Source: Felis catus
Taxonomy: Eukaryota
Assembly (NCBI RefSeq): GCF_018350175.1
Contig: NC_058369.1
Span: 27,840,001 to 27,904,000, forward strand
DNA length: 64,000 bases
Direction of reading: 5' to 3'
The notes beneath the pieces are model-generated. The model was given only the letters and a program-made list of their open reading frames with translations. It had not been told where the DNA came from and searched no databases. Both the position numbers and the translations under genes were made by a program. Of this stretch, positions 49,363-61,859 are shown piece by piece; the first letter of the stretch is position 1; the number at the start of each line of letters is the position of its first letter.

Positions 49363-50235
49363 CATTTTGCAAGTTATGTTCACAAGTAAATCCTTAATTC
49401 TTGTGTGGTTTCCCTGGATATCAGGAAACCTGAATTATAAATGGAATTATCTATTCAGGTAAGTATCTCAACCACAAGACCCACTAGGATCTTTCCTATG
49501 AAGAAAGGACTCAGGCTCACAGCTACCTGTCTTTATGGCAGGGTCTAGATCTTTTAAAGAAAATTTTAATAAGGAGAATCCCAGTTTCCTATGGAGTTCT
49601 CCTGGTTTTAGATGAGATTCCTGTAGCCTGGGTCACGACTGAAACCAAGAAGGGAAATTTCTGCAGAACTTTCTGCAGAAGATACAGCACGTGCATTATC
49701 TCTTTTACTTTCCACGTTGGCCCTACGAGGTGAGCATTATTGTCCCACATGGAAATGCGGGACTAGGAAGGTCAGGCAACATGACCAACTTAATCCAGGT
49801 CATAAGAAACAGAGCTAGGATTCCAGCCCAGCTATATTAGGCTCCAAAAGTTGTGTTCTTTTGTGACAACACATACCACAAAGTCACCTCCAAAGGTAGG
49901 TACCTGCCTTTCCCACACCAGAGTTCCTGAACCTAGATCTCACCCCATGTGAGATGTCCTCATGGCTGCCTGGGACTCACAAAGCTCTGGAGAGACCACG
50001 GCCTGATTCCCTCATGCACATGTCATTCCCACTCTCCATGTTCCCTGTTCTCCTGCGGCAGTGGCCTCTTTCAGTTCCCCCCAAGACCCTGTGCCCCTTC
50101 CTTTGTACATGTGTCTTCCTGTCCAGGATTCGTCTCCACCTAACTCTACCTCCTTGCTGACTCCTGTCTTCCTTCAGAACTCCCTCAAGGACTTCCCTAT
50201 TGTCCCAAGCCAGGCTAGACCCCCATGCTCCAGAG

Positions 50236-50436
50236 CAGAGCTTCTCAACGTAGGCACTACTGCTATTTGGGGCCAGGTAATTCTTTGGTGTGAGGTCTAT
50301 CCTATGCATTGTGGAAAGCTAGCAACATTCACTAGATGCTCAAACCATCTCCCTCTCAGTTGTGAAATCCAAGGAAGTCTCCAGGCATTGCCAAATCACC
50401 TTGGAAGGTAAAGTCACTCCTGGCTGAAAATCACTG
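50236..50436 (+). mobile_element. MER20 hAT-Charlie element
   Basis: cagagcttctcaac..ggcactactgctatttggggccaggtaattctt..gtctccaggcattgccaaat..ggctgaaaatcactg; NTCTAGAN-like flanks. Confidence 0.8.
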
Positions 50437-52493
50437 GTCTACAGCCTTTTGGAACCACTTTCTTTACCTTTAGAGAATCGCCCCAGTGTGTCAATATGTG
50501 CTTGTTTGTGTCATTATTTGACCATTTCCTCTACTTGACAATGAGTCCCATGAAGGCAGGAATAGTGTTAGCTTCTTCTCATCCCTATAAACCTGGTATT
50601 CAGAGTGGTGCATGGCTCAAAGCAGGATTCCAAGAAAAACACACACTTTCTGAACTTGTGCCCAAAAAGGGTTTGGTCAGATATCATGTACTGAAATCAG
50701 TAATTGATTGAAGACTGCTGACTCTTTTTTGAACACAAAAATTATGCCACCATAGTTAAGATCTGGGAAGATAAATCCCTGGGCAGGATGACACTGACCA
50801 AACAACCAGAACATCAGGAGAACTTCCTGCCAAAGGAGGAGGTAAGGGGTTGTTAGCAGTGCCCCTGCCAGCACAAGGATTTCCAAATGACATCCCAACG
50901 TCAGTGAGGCCCTAATTAAAAGAATCTGTTCTTCGGCAAGCGTTGCTGCACAGGCCAGGAACTGCTGGGATGCAGCACATCACATGGACCCGAAAACACA
51001 TCCCACGACCTGGTGTCTTTGCCCAGCTGTGCTATCCCATGTTTCCCTGATGGAAATGAGAAAACAACGTAACCTCAGCTGACAGGTTTATTAAGACACA
51101 GAAGACATGACAGAGGCCCTTTTGACATTATAATCTCTAACACAGTCAGGGGGAGATGCTGACTTGCCATCATTATTGAAAGTAATTGGTCAAAAAAAAA
51201 TATGAGGGAGAAAGAGAATATTCCTATAAAGCTGCCAAGTTATTTGGCCTACAGGTGTGCACAGACTCTTGACTCGCTGCCTATGCGGGGCTTGCCATCG
51301 CTGGGTGCCTCTTCCCCTGCTGCCCCACCCCCACCCTTGCCCTGGGCAGTTGCATCTACAGCAACTAGAGTACATTTAAGGCAGAACTCTACCTTTGCCA
51401 AGCTTTCCCTTTGCGCAATTATATTTTCATGCTGGTCCAACTCTTGATGCATCCCTACCACTGTGGTATTTCGGCAAGCCACACTCCAATTTTCCAGGAC
51501 AGAGGGCCCAGATAAAAACCACTAGCCAGTGTGGCATGAGGAACAGTGTGACAAGGCAAAGGCAAGTTTTCTTCTTCAGACAGAATTTAAGTTCTTAGGA
51601 AGGTTAGACCAGCGATCAGAAACCCCAATATTCTATCAAGTCAGGCAGACCATCTAAATGAGTCAAGTAAGACAGATGGGAGTAGAAAGGCAGTGATGAG
51701 GACTCTGAAAATCAGGGATGGCATGCTGGGAGCCCAGTGTCACTAGAGCAATCCAAGGAGCTGGTGACACCTGCAACCAGGACCGCAGCCCGCCACACAC
51801 AGACTGAACACTCAAGTTGGATTTATGGGATGGATGAATTCCTATCCAAGACTCCCCCCCTGTTATTTCCAGATCCTGGGCTCCAGCTCCAGAACACTTT
51901 TTAGGTGTTCACTGACTCACTGAGAGCCTTGAATCTCTGGTGCTTTCAGCACAACTGCCATTTGGAAAGTGATAAACTTATTCAGAAATTTAAAAATGGC
52001 AACAAACAGTGACTTGGAACCAATGATGCATGTAGGGAACAGCACAAATATCACTTCTGGAAATGCAGAATCCACAGAACTCATTGCCATAAATGATTTT
52101 ATTTCTGACTTGTTAGAGGTGGGCAGTATTTAACGTCACTTGAGAGACCGTAACATTTTACAAGAGGCTTGGTAGCCCATCGGGTCTACAAAACGAAGAC
52201 TAAGAATATCGAAGAAGATTATAATGATTTTCTTCCATTTTCCAAAATAAGAGAAGGCAAAAAGCACTGCCCACACCATTTCTCCTCCAAGAAATGCATT
52301 TTCTCCATAACTTAGTACTCACAGAATATATAAATACAATCATACACATATGTATACTCTCAGAAACCACAGAATGTATGTTGTTGGTAGAAAACACAAG
52401 CAGTTCAGAAGTGTATAATATGAAAAGTACTGATCTCAGTACTCAGAGATACCCTCAGTGAACAATTTCAGGGAGAGAGGGAGGCAGGTGTAG

Positions 52494-52496
<3 letters not shown>

Positions 52497-52536
<40 letters not shown>
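52497..52536. repeat. (GT)n microsatellite
   Basis: Directly visible. Confidence 0.98.
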
Positions 52537-52539
<3 letters not shown>

Positions 52540-55500
52540 CAGATGGGATTATACTACCACAGAGCACCTATTTTTTCTCTCAACATCTTGGGCATCTTTT
52601 TATGTCCACGAATGTATGTTTGCTTTGTTCTTTTTATCCACTGCTCAGTAAATATCCACCGTAAAATACAGAAGGCTGACGTATCTCAATGCTCGTGATA
52701 GATAAGTTTATATAATGTGGGCTCTTTTTTAGCTCCCCAATATTATTTGGCTTAAACGAATTATCAGAATCAACACACGTGACTGACACGGGCTTCTGTT
52801 TTACCAATTTAGTTTTACTTAACCTGGACTGGTCTAAAAAGTTATTTAGAAATGCCTGAGTATGAAGGAATGAGGAGAAAAGCATCTCAGAGGAGTGTAA
52901 GGAATGGAATGTGTGTTTTTGAGGACGGATTGAGGAGACTAGTTATAAATCCTAAGGATTCAGACTTACAGGCCAATTATTCATAGGTACAGTTGAATAC
53001 ATTATACATATTAAATAAGAATTGGAAAGTAGACTCATCTTGGGTTGCTATTTCCAGTCTTCAGAGATACTTGTCCTAAGTGTAAACATACATCAAATGT
53101 ATGTTCAGTGCATACAACATATGAGACAGCGTGTTGAGCAATGCCAAGGACCTAGATCATTTAATCCTCATACTTTCCTGGAGAATAATGGACTATAATT
53201 ACCCAAGCAATCAGCCTCCAGAACCTGGACTCTGTGACCATCACATTCTATCTTTAAAAATGTCAGAGATTTAAGAACAGAAAAAAATTGTGTTGCCTCC
53301 TTTTTGTCCTGGGGTTTTCCTCCAAAGGGAAAACAACAACAAATGTTTGCTTTCTCTTTGCCTAGTTAGCTTTCCATTATATTTAGGAAGGCTTGAGACA
53401 GCACCCTGCCAACTTGAACTAACAAAGATTTCAGGGTGAGAAGCAGAGAAGAGCAGGAAGGAAGGACCTTTAGAAACCATTTGTACCCATCTCCCAGAGA
53501 GGAGAGGTTAACTTCCTTGGTGTGGCTGGGAGTCCACTTACTCGGCTGCCCCTTTGAGACCACTCATCACTCTTCAAATATGCCAAAAACGCCCCATGCT
53601 TTGGTACTTTGTTTGAGCTAGTTCTACCTGGGAAGCTTCCTCCCTCCCCAGTTTCTCACTTGGGGGAGCTCTCACTTCCACCAGACACCTGTTCAAATTA
53701 TGTCTCTGCCCCCAACACTCTCTTAGCCCAGGACATGCTTCTGTGTTATTTTCAGCACTTATGAATACAAAGTAACATATATAGTCAAGTGTTTTGTGAC
53801 TGCCATTGTCACTATAAACCCTGTATGTATCCTCAGTCCCTGAGACAACATCATTACAGGTTTCACAAGCATTTGTCCAACGAGAGATGCATGAAAAGTA
53901 GGCAATCTTAAATCAGAATGTCTGTATATCTGTGTGTGCACACAAATATATATGTGTGTATATGGATACACACACATACATATACATTTGCGTTTTGTCC
54001 TTTAAACTCTTAGATCTTGGATCATCACGAATTGCGGAGATCCAGTAATAGCACATCAGTGATCCTACCAATATAAGCCAATTGAATTACTAGCACAGGA
54101 CTCATAGGGTGCTTGGACATTGCAATAATTGCAAAGGAGGACAGTGAGTGAGTGATTAACGAGTAACACTGTTGTGTTATTTGTGGATGAACCTTGAAAT
54201 CTTTATGAACTTCATGGAAAATCCATTTTTTCTCCTGTTGCGTGTTACAGGGGAAAAAATGGAGAGGACCCTGCTCAGAGTCCTACTGTAGCTATTAACC
54301 TTTATAGAAATTTAAATGTATTAAGTCCCTACAGTTAGCTAGGAATTTATTTCTCATTTTGGTGATGGTGGTCACAGAGGCTCTAAAGATTACGGTTGGT
54401 ACTCACTGGCGTTCAGGTGGGGGGCTCGTGATAAACACTTGAAAGAATCCCCTGTTAGAAGACAAAAGACTGACAGGCTTCAACCTCCAGAGAGTTACCT
54501 TTCTCCCCTTCCCCATTACTGTTAGGCTGGTGAAATTAATCTAACACAGAGAGCATATTTTATCCTTCATTTTCAATTATGTTGTCTGTTAACAGTTTCC
54601 ATGAGTACTCTGATTATGAAAGGTTCTCGTTAATGGATCCCTGCCAATACCAACCATCAAGCTAATGACCTGTGCTTGCCAGCTTCAAGGTGAAGGACCA
54701 CTCTTGGGCATATTTCCCCAGGACTCAAAGAAGAATCCCCTCTGCAAATGATCTTGGAGTAGCAGGTGTGCTCCACATCCCCGCCAAAGGATTTCCCAGC
54801 TCAGAGTGAGGGCATTAAGAGAGGACGAAAGGAAATCTACTAAGTCATATTGGTGCAGATTATTGACTTCACTCTTAAGGAAGATAAAATAAAAGGAAGA
54901 GACTTGCCTTTAAAGGTGAGATCGGGATGTTTATCCTGCATTTCATCAATGTCAGCTTTTATGTGTTGGGTGACAGTCTATATCCTGTGTCTTGTCAATG
55001 GCACCATACGGTGCAGATAAAAGGTTGAAGGTTATTTCTGTAACGATTGATACTCTTTCTGCCACAGCAGTTAAGCCTTGGCAGATTCTTCCTTTTTCCT
55101 CCGCTCTGGTGAATCCTGTTTAAAGCTTTTGAGTGAAAGAGCTGCAGACCCAGCAGACATCAAACCTTAAACACTGACTTGACATATTGGGATGCGTGAT
55201 GCGATTCACCACCCAGCTTTGAGCCCCTTCAGGAGCACCTGAAACACAGTTGGAGGATTGTGTGAACACAGGGTAAAAGTTCATGGATGACCTACATTGT
55301 CACTGGCTTCTCTTCAGTCAAATCAGAAAAATGCTTTGGGTCAGCACACTTCTTCCGCTAATGGAAAGATTGGACTTGGGTCATGGAAAAATGTGCAGGT
55401 AACTTAGTCCACAACTGACCCCATCCTTCCTACTTTACAAACCTCAGTCAAATGATGCACAGGAATTCTAATGAAACAAACTGGATATTTGAAGACTCTC

Positions 55501-57324
55501 AGTGAAATCTCTTTGGGGTAGTGAAATACCCTTGAAAACTGTGGAACACAGCAACACAAATAAACACAAACAAGGTAGAAATAAATACGCATCACTGCCA
55601 GGGCAGGAGATAAGGGAACAGCTGCAAAAAATGTTTGCTGTTTTGTAAGTTTTATATAGGAAACTTTTTTGTAAGTTTTATAGGTGTGTGGGGAGAATAA
55701 GCATAAGAAAAACCTTAAAAACTCTTTTTTTGTAGAAACCACTATTTTAAATTGACACATTATAAACCAAAGTGAGACCATTTTGCAACTCCAAGGACAA
55801 ACAGAAAATATTAAGTCCCTTAAAAATGTCATTGTCTATGTCGTCACATCAAAGGTGAGGATGCACCTCAGCATATTGCAGGAAAGTTCACAGTGGGTCA
55901 GTGGCCGTGAGGGTTCTCACACGTCTTCAGGAGACAAAAGCTCCCCAGGGAAGGGAAACCAGGCTGCCTGGTGACATTCAGCAGAAACCTCTAGACTATT
56001 AGGAGAACTTGGATCCACATGGCCACACAAACTTCAACAGAAGAATTCCACAAAGGGAAAAAAAAAAACAATTCTCAGAGGGAAGCTGTAGAATAAAAAT
56101 GTGAACAGAGAAAAAAACCTATAGCAGTAATCTGTAATGTGCTTCAACAGGCCAGAAAACAAACAAAAAAAGTATAGTAGTAGACATGCCAGAAATTATA
56201 ATGCCATATGGAAGAGATGTCTGCTGTTTCTGATTACCCAACACCCACTACTCCTATCTAATTTTCCTTCGGAAGAATCATTTTCACCTACTTTTAGTCC
56301 ATGGATTTGCAGAGCGGGCCCCTCGGGAACAAGCATGTGACCAAAATGAACATTCCATCCCCTGACTTCATCCTACTTATAAGAGTTGGTCTAAGGATTT
56401 TGTTAAAACTACTGGACAGTGGTTTAACAAGATTGTCCGAGGCAGGTGGGGTCATATGTAGGCTAGTGACCATCTTTGTCATGATACAAGAAAAACCTTC
56501 AAGAGAATAGAGGTATCATAAAAGAAAGTAGAGTGAAGAGACCAACAGATATTCCTAAAAATATAGGAATCTCTACAGGCAATCATGAATTAAGCTAGGC
56601 ATTCTTGTTATTCGAGTCAATAACTTCTCTGGTTTGCTTAAGTTACTTTGATACGTCTCTATCACTTGCAATTGATAATCCATTCCAGGTGTAATGTAAA
56701 TGTGGCACGATCTTTACAAGTACAAACTGCCTTAGCAAAAAGACCATGTCTTGATCACCAGTGTAACATCAGCCCTTAGAACAGCAATTGATGTGAGAAG
56801 ACTTTGGATAGTTGTTCCATGAATAGACAAAATTTTTTAAAATGGATCTTTGTTGACTCCAGAATTATCTCCAAAATTCACAGCTTTTAAAAATGAAAGA
56901 TAATCAAAACAGGTTTGTCCTTTTCATCAAAATCCCAGCAAGAACAAACAGTGGGAAAAACTCATGTTCTCCTATATCTATCTGACCCCAAACAAATTAA
57001 TGTTTCCACACAATATTCAGTTTTTGGCAGATGTTTATGAGTAGATAACCTACATACCATATTTTCAGTGAATAAGCCTATTTAATTATCCACTTACAAA
57101 CAGTAGCACCAGTGCAAAAGTATTAAGCTATTTTCCCAAGAAGGTGGCATGTGACCCCAAATCCATGGTTTCTAGAGGTGGCCAGACAAGCACAAACAAG
57201 GACCCAACTTCCTGGGGAGAGCTAAAAACTTACTTAGAAGGAAAATACCCAATTTCCTATCCCCAGCTGATACCAGGGTCCAGGTAAAATTAAACATTTT
57301 TCCAAGACCCTTCTTTTTCTATTT

Positions 57325-57620
57325 TTAAAAATATTTTTTATATAGTTTTAATTTTTAAATATAATTTATTGTCAAATTGGCTAACATACAGTGTGTACAG
57401 TGTGCTCTTGGTTTTGGGGGTAGATTCTCATGATTCATTGCTTACATCCAGTGCTCATCCCAACAAGTGCCCTCCTCAATGCGCATCACCCATTTTCCCC
57501 TTTCCCCTACCCCCCACCAACTCTCAGTTTGTTCTCTGTATTTAAGAGTCTCTTAATGGTTTGCCTCCCTCAATCTTTGTTTGTAACCATTTTTTTCCTC
57601 TTCCCTTCCCCCATGGTCTT
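57325..57620 (-). mobile_element. Carnivore/felid L1 3' UTR fragment
   Basis: Reverse complement of L1 3' UTR (tttattgtcaaattgg..ccagtgctcatcccaacaagtgccctcctcaatg..tttaagagtctctt..cccttcccccatggtctt). Confidence 0.88.
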
Positions 57621-58952
57621 TATATTTCTGTTAGAAATGTAAAACATTTCTATCTTTTAATGTAACTTCACTACTACATTTTTCTTTCCTAATTTTTAAT
57701 ATGGTATTTTTAAGGGACACTTTTTTTTAAGTATCTTTTCTCTTTGCGCTAATGCAAAACAAACTGTTGTGTATTTTTTGCCCTAAAAATGACTTCAAAT
57801 TGTTGTTTCCTATGCTATATTTTGCAGCAAATAAAATGTCTCTTCCTCTTTTACAAAAAAAAAAAAAAAAAAAAAACCTCAGATCTCAGATCACTATCAA
57901 TGAGAGGAAAATTTTAAGCACTTGGAACTCTCTGGGCTATGTCTTATTTGGCCATATGATATGATATCCCAATTATACCTTGCCATCTAATGAGAGTTTA
58001 TTGTCACAAAGCAAACTTCTCACAGTGTAGAGAAATTCCAGAGAAGACAATCAATTGTAGAGGCCAACTAGAGGTTGAATAGCTGAATGACTTCCATTCA
58101 TGTTCCAACGCAAATGTACAATTCCAGAGTAAAACTGCTACTTTCAGCTTTTGTTAGGATCTAGTACTTGTTGACTTTTTAAGTTACAACCTCTCATTCT
58201 TGAGGTCATATTTTTATTTCAAATTGATCTTTCCTTCTTTTCTTCATGCAATATTTATTAAACACCTTTGATGGGTTAGGTAGGAAGCCAGTGCTAGGAA
58301 CATAATGATGTGCAAAGGTCTACATAGTCCAAGCTTTTCTGCAAAGTTCAGGCTCACAGGGGAGACAGATATGATTTAAATCATCATATAAGTAAACATG
58401 TATAGGAGAATCAAACTGAGATTGGAGAGTCCAAAGAGGCCTACTGAGGGAGTGGAGATGTAAGCTGAGGGCAGATATTCAATAGACCTAGAAGTTGTGC
58501 GTGTTGCAGGGGACAGAGGAAGACAGGTAGGGCATAAAAATATGGGAAAACAAAACACAACAGGAACAGACACTCTGCAGTGGGAAAAAATGACCAGTGA
58601 CTGGACACCAGCACAAAACTGGTATATTTAGGACAAGACGGCGGGGGAGAGGCCACACCAACAAGGACCTTCCAGGATGCTTCAGGCTGGAGGTCATTAT
58701 CCTACCAGTAACAGGAATGACCCAACTTATTTAATTAATAAAACAAAACTCATTTACATTCAACACATTTCAGTAGAACTCATAGAGAAAATCCCACTGC
58801 ACATTCTCCTTGCTTTACCTAAATATTACCTAATAAAACATATTTCTCCTACCTTCATTTTTCATGTGTATACCATGTCTAAGAGTCCTGCAACATTGTT
58901 TTCTTTGCTCTTCTGATAATCACAATAACAATAATTTAAAATAGTAATGACT

Positions 58953-59168
58953 AGAGGCACCTGGATGGCTCAGTCAGTTAAGTGTCAGACTTTGGCTCAG
59001 GTCATGACCTCATCATTTGTGGGCTGGAGCCCCACGCTGGGCTCTGTGCTGACACCTCAGAGCCTGGAACCTGCTTCGAATTCTGTGTCTCCTTCTCACT
59101 CTGCCCCTCACCTGCTTGTACTCTATCTCCCTCTGTCTCTCAAAAATAAATGAATGTTAAAATTTTTT
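58953..59168 (+). mobile_element. Can-SINE
   Basis: TSD core aaatagtaatg at 58939-58949 and 59169-59179. Confidence 0.95.
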
Positions 59169-59414
59169 AAATAGTAATGGTTATAAATCATAGTGATAGC
59201 AGCCAAAATTTGTGGAAGACTCATTATGGGCAACACCTTAAACCAACAGCTTTCTATGCAAGTCCACACCGAAGTTGGCTTTAACCTTAAAAATGCTTTA
59301 TTATCATCACATCATAAGTTGAGACTCAGAAAATACCATTTGACCAAAATTGCACACTAATGAGTAGCCAAATTGGTACATGACTCCAAGTCTATTTGAA
59401 TGTAAGGTCTACAC

Positions 59415-59641
59415 TTATTTTTTTTAAGTTGATTCCTTTATTTTGAGAGGGAGCAAGACAGAGAGAGAACAAGTATACGTGAGGGAACAGCAAAGATAGA
59501 GTGGAGAGAGAAAATCCCAAGCAGGCTCCAAGCTGCCGGTGTGGAGCCCAACTCGGGGCTCAGTCCCACAAACCGTGAAATCATGACCTAAGCCAAAATT
59601 AAGAGTCAGACAATCAACTGACTGAGCCACCCAGGTGCCCC
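59415..59641 (-). mobile_element. Can-SINE
   Basis: Reverse-complement head ..actgagccacccaggtgcccc and T-tail. Confidence 0.93.
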
Positions 59642-59672
59642 AGTAAAGGTTATCTTTTAAAAATGAAAATGA

Positions 59673-59984
59673 GGGGTGCCAGGGTGGCTCAATCAGTTAA
59701 GTGCCCGACTTCACCTTAGGTCATGATCTCACAACTTGTGGGTTGGAGCCCCGGGTTGGGCTCTGCTGACAGCTCAGAACCGGGAGCCTGCTTCAGATTC
59801 TGTGTCTCCCTCTCTCTCTCTCTGCCCCTCTCCTGCCCTTCCCCTGCTCATGATCTGTCTCTCTCTCCTTCAAAAATAAGTAAACAATTGGGATGAGCAC
59901 TGGGTGTTGTATAGAAACCAGTTTGACAGTAAATCTCATATTTAAAAAAAGAAAATCTCAAAAAAAAGCAAATTTTTTTTTAAT
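59673..59984 (+). mobile_element. Can-SINE with an L1 3'-end fragment of about 60 bp (59888-59950) in its tail
   Basis: TSD ttaaaaa[t/a]gaaaatga at 59657-59672 and 59985-60000; internal ttgggatgagcactgggtgttgtatagaaacc matches the L1 3' UTR. Confidence 0.92.
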
Positions 59985-60099
59985 TTAAAAAAGAAAATGA
60001 GAAAAATGAAACCATCCCATTAGAGAAGTAATTTACATTTGCAGACAAGTAGGAGGAACATTCTAGTTTCTCTTGGAAGGAAGTTCAGGACTTACATAC

Positions 60100-60382
60100 C
60101 GGTGATGAGGTTACATGTAGCCAAAAGAACTGCTTCGTTTGGCCAATCATATGTGTAAATGTTTTATGTCATTTGCTAATATAAAATGAAGAACTGTTAC
60201 ATAAAGATCCAGACTTCCCACTCTTTTTAGAAATACTGGATATTTTGGCCACAGTTTTCTAGAGCTCAGGAGACAAAGGGTGTTGAACCCTTGAAGAAAC
60301 AAAGTCTCTCCAGTTTGCCCCAGATCTCCGCAGGCCCATCTAATTAATTTCCATTACCCGATAGGCTGTTGCCAACACCTGG
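60100..60382. mobile_element. MER102-like hAT-Charlie relic
   Basis: gtttggcc..acataaagatccagacttcc..ctctccagtttgcc. Confidence 0.55.
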
Positions 60383-60764
60383 GCTGTTGCCTATGAAGCA
60401 ACTTCTGCCTATGAAGAAAGTCAGATGTCATAGCCTGATTAATCTTATACATCCCTATGTAAGAAAGGAAGTCCTATGAAGAAAAAGCAAAAAAGCAAAA
60501 GCCGACTGTCTCTAAGGCATGTGACACAGGTAAATTTCAAAGGTGAAGACAGAGGCTTGATGGCCTGGGGACACCTACTCCTGGGATTATTGCCCTGCCT
60601 GCCCACCTAAGGCTTCTAATGAGGTTTTCTCAGCCATGCGCCTTTGTTTGACCCATTATTCCTCCTTCACATCTTAATGTATATTTCAATTCCTCCAGGA
60701 TGCCTTCCCAAATCCTCCACATCTAGATTAAATAACCCTCCCGCGTCTCACTATAACATTGTTC

Positions 60765-60964
60765 CAGAAGCACCTACATAATTTGTAGTGCCCGATACAA
60801 AATGACAATCAAGGTAGGGTCCCCTGTTCAAAGTTATGAAGAATCTCAACACAGTGACAGCAGGGGATTAAGCTAAGTTGGTGGAGGGGCATGGGAGAGG
60901 GTGGCCTTCTGATGCTGGAGCCCTGAGCAGCTACACAGGACACAGGTCCATGGAGGAGATGCTG
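60765..60964 (-). mobile_element. MER45A-like hAT-Tip100 element within an L2 relic
   Basis: ctacataatttgtagtgcccgatacaaaatga..cccctgttcaaag..gacagcagggga..ggccttct..gccctg..cacagg. Confidence 0.7.
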
Positions 60965-61859
60965 CGATTTTCTCCTCCATTGTACATGCTTCCCTTCACT
61001 GCCATTGCTCCTTCTTGCCTTTGAACCACCCCAGCAGAAAGTGCAATACCTGGCATGTAGTAAACTTTAAGAAATATGAGTTGACTGACTCAATGAAAGG
61101 ATGGGGGTGGATAATGATTAAACTACCATAAAATCCTGAGCTATTGTTCTAATATCCATTGTTAGCTGCTCCACAAATGCTCCTTCAAATTTTATCTTCT
61201 GTAACGATGACACTATGTCAACCTATCCACAGAGCCTGGCGATGTTAATGCTGCATGTTAATAAAACCCCTGTCTTTCCCCACAGAGCTAGATATTTATT
61301 AACAAAAAAAAACTTTAGAATCTAGATAATCAGGGCACAGTACGCTGAATGCCTACATACCAAAGCCGTGCAAAGCTTGAGACATGTTGCTACATTAAAC
61401 ATACAACTAATGTTACCTAAGTGTCTAAAGAGAAGGTAGAATTGTGAGTAGGGTGAGGCCCCCCATTATTAGCTTGGAAATGATCACTTGCTTGTGAGTC
61501 TGTGCTATGGGGCATGTCTCAGGGTCTGAGATAATGGCATTACCACACATTAGCTCCTTCTAGTTAGTCCTAATATCTTAGAAGTGAGAAGTTGGGGGAA
61601 GGAGAGGAGAAAAGGTAAAAGCCAAACAAAAAGACTAAACTATTTGTACTCAGTATAATGGCTCTTTGCAAGGTCTAAATGGCAACATTAGCAAAATTAT
61701 AAAGTACACCTCAGAAGACAGAGGCCAGAGAGCAGACAAAAACTTTGTAGAGTATTTCATATATTCACAAGAGACAATAAAGATGAGAAATGCAGAGTTT
61801 TTCAGAGCAGCAGTAGGGTAAAAACCTCTACCTCCTTTAAAAATTAGGGCACTACTAAA

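Noticed and set aside
342..59630. ORFs with WVAQSVK / SLSLSL / ERERER / CVCVCV peptides
   Set aside because: They are translations of Can-SINEs and microsatellites, not genes.
60388..60485. cctatgaag recurring 3-4 times; similar short duplications at 12053-12082, 15284-15314 and 49658-49680
   Set aside because: Irregular spacing and short units indicate ordinary slippage, not a CRISPR-like or functional array.
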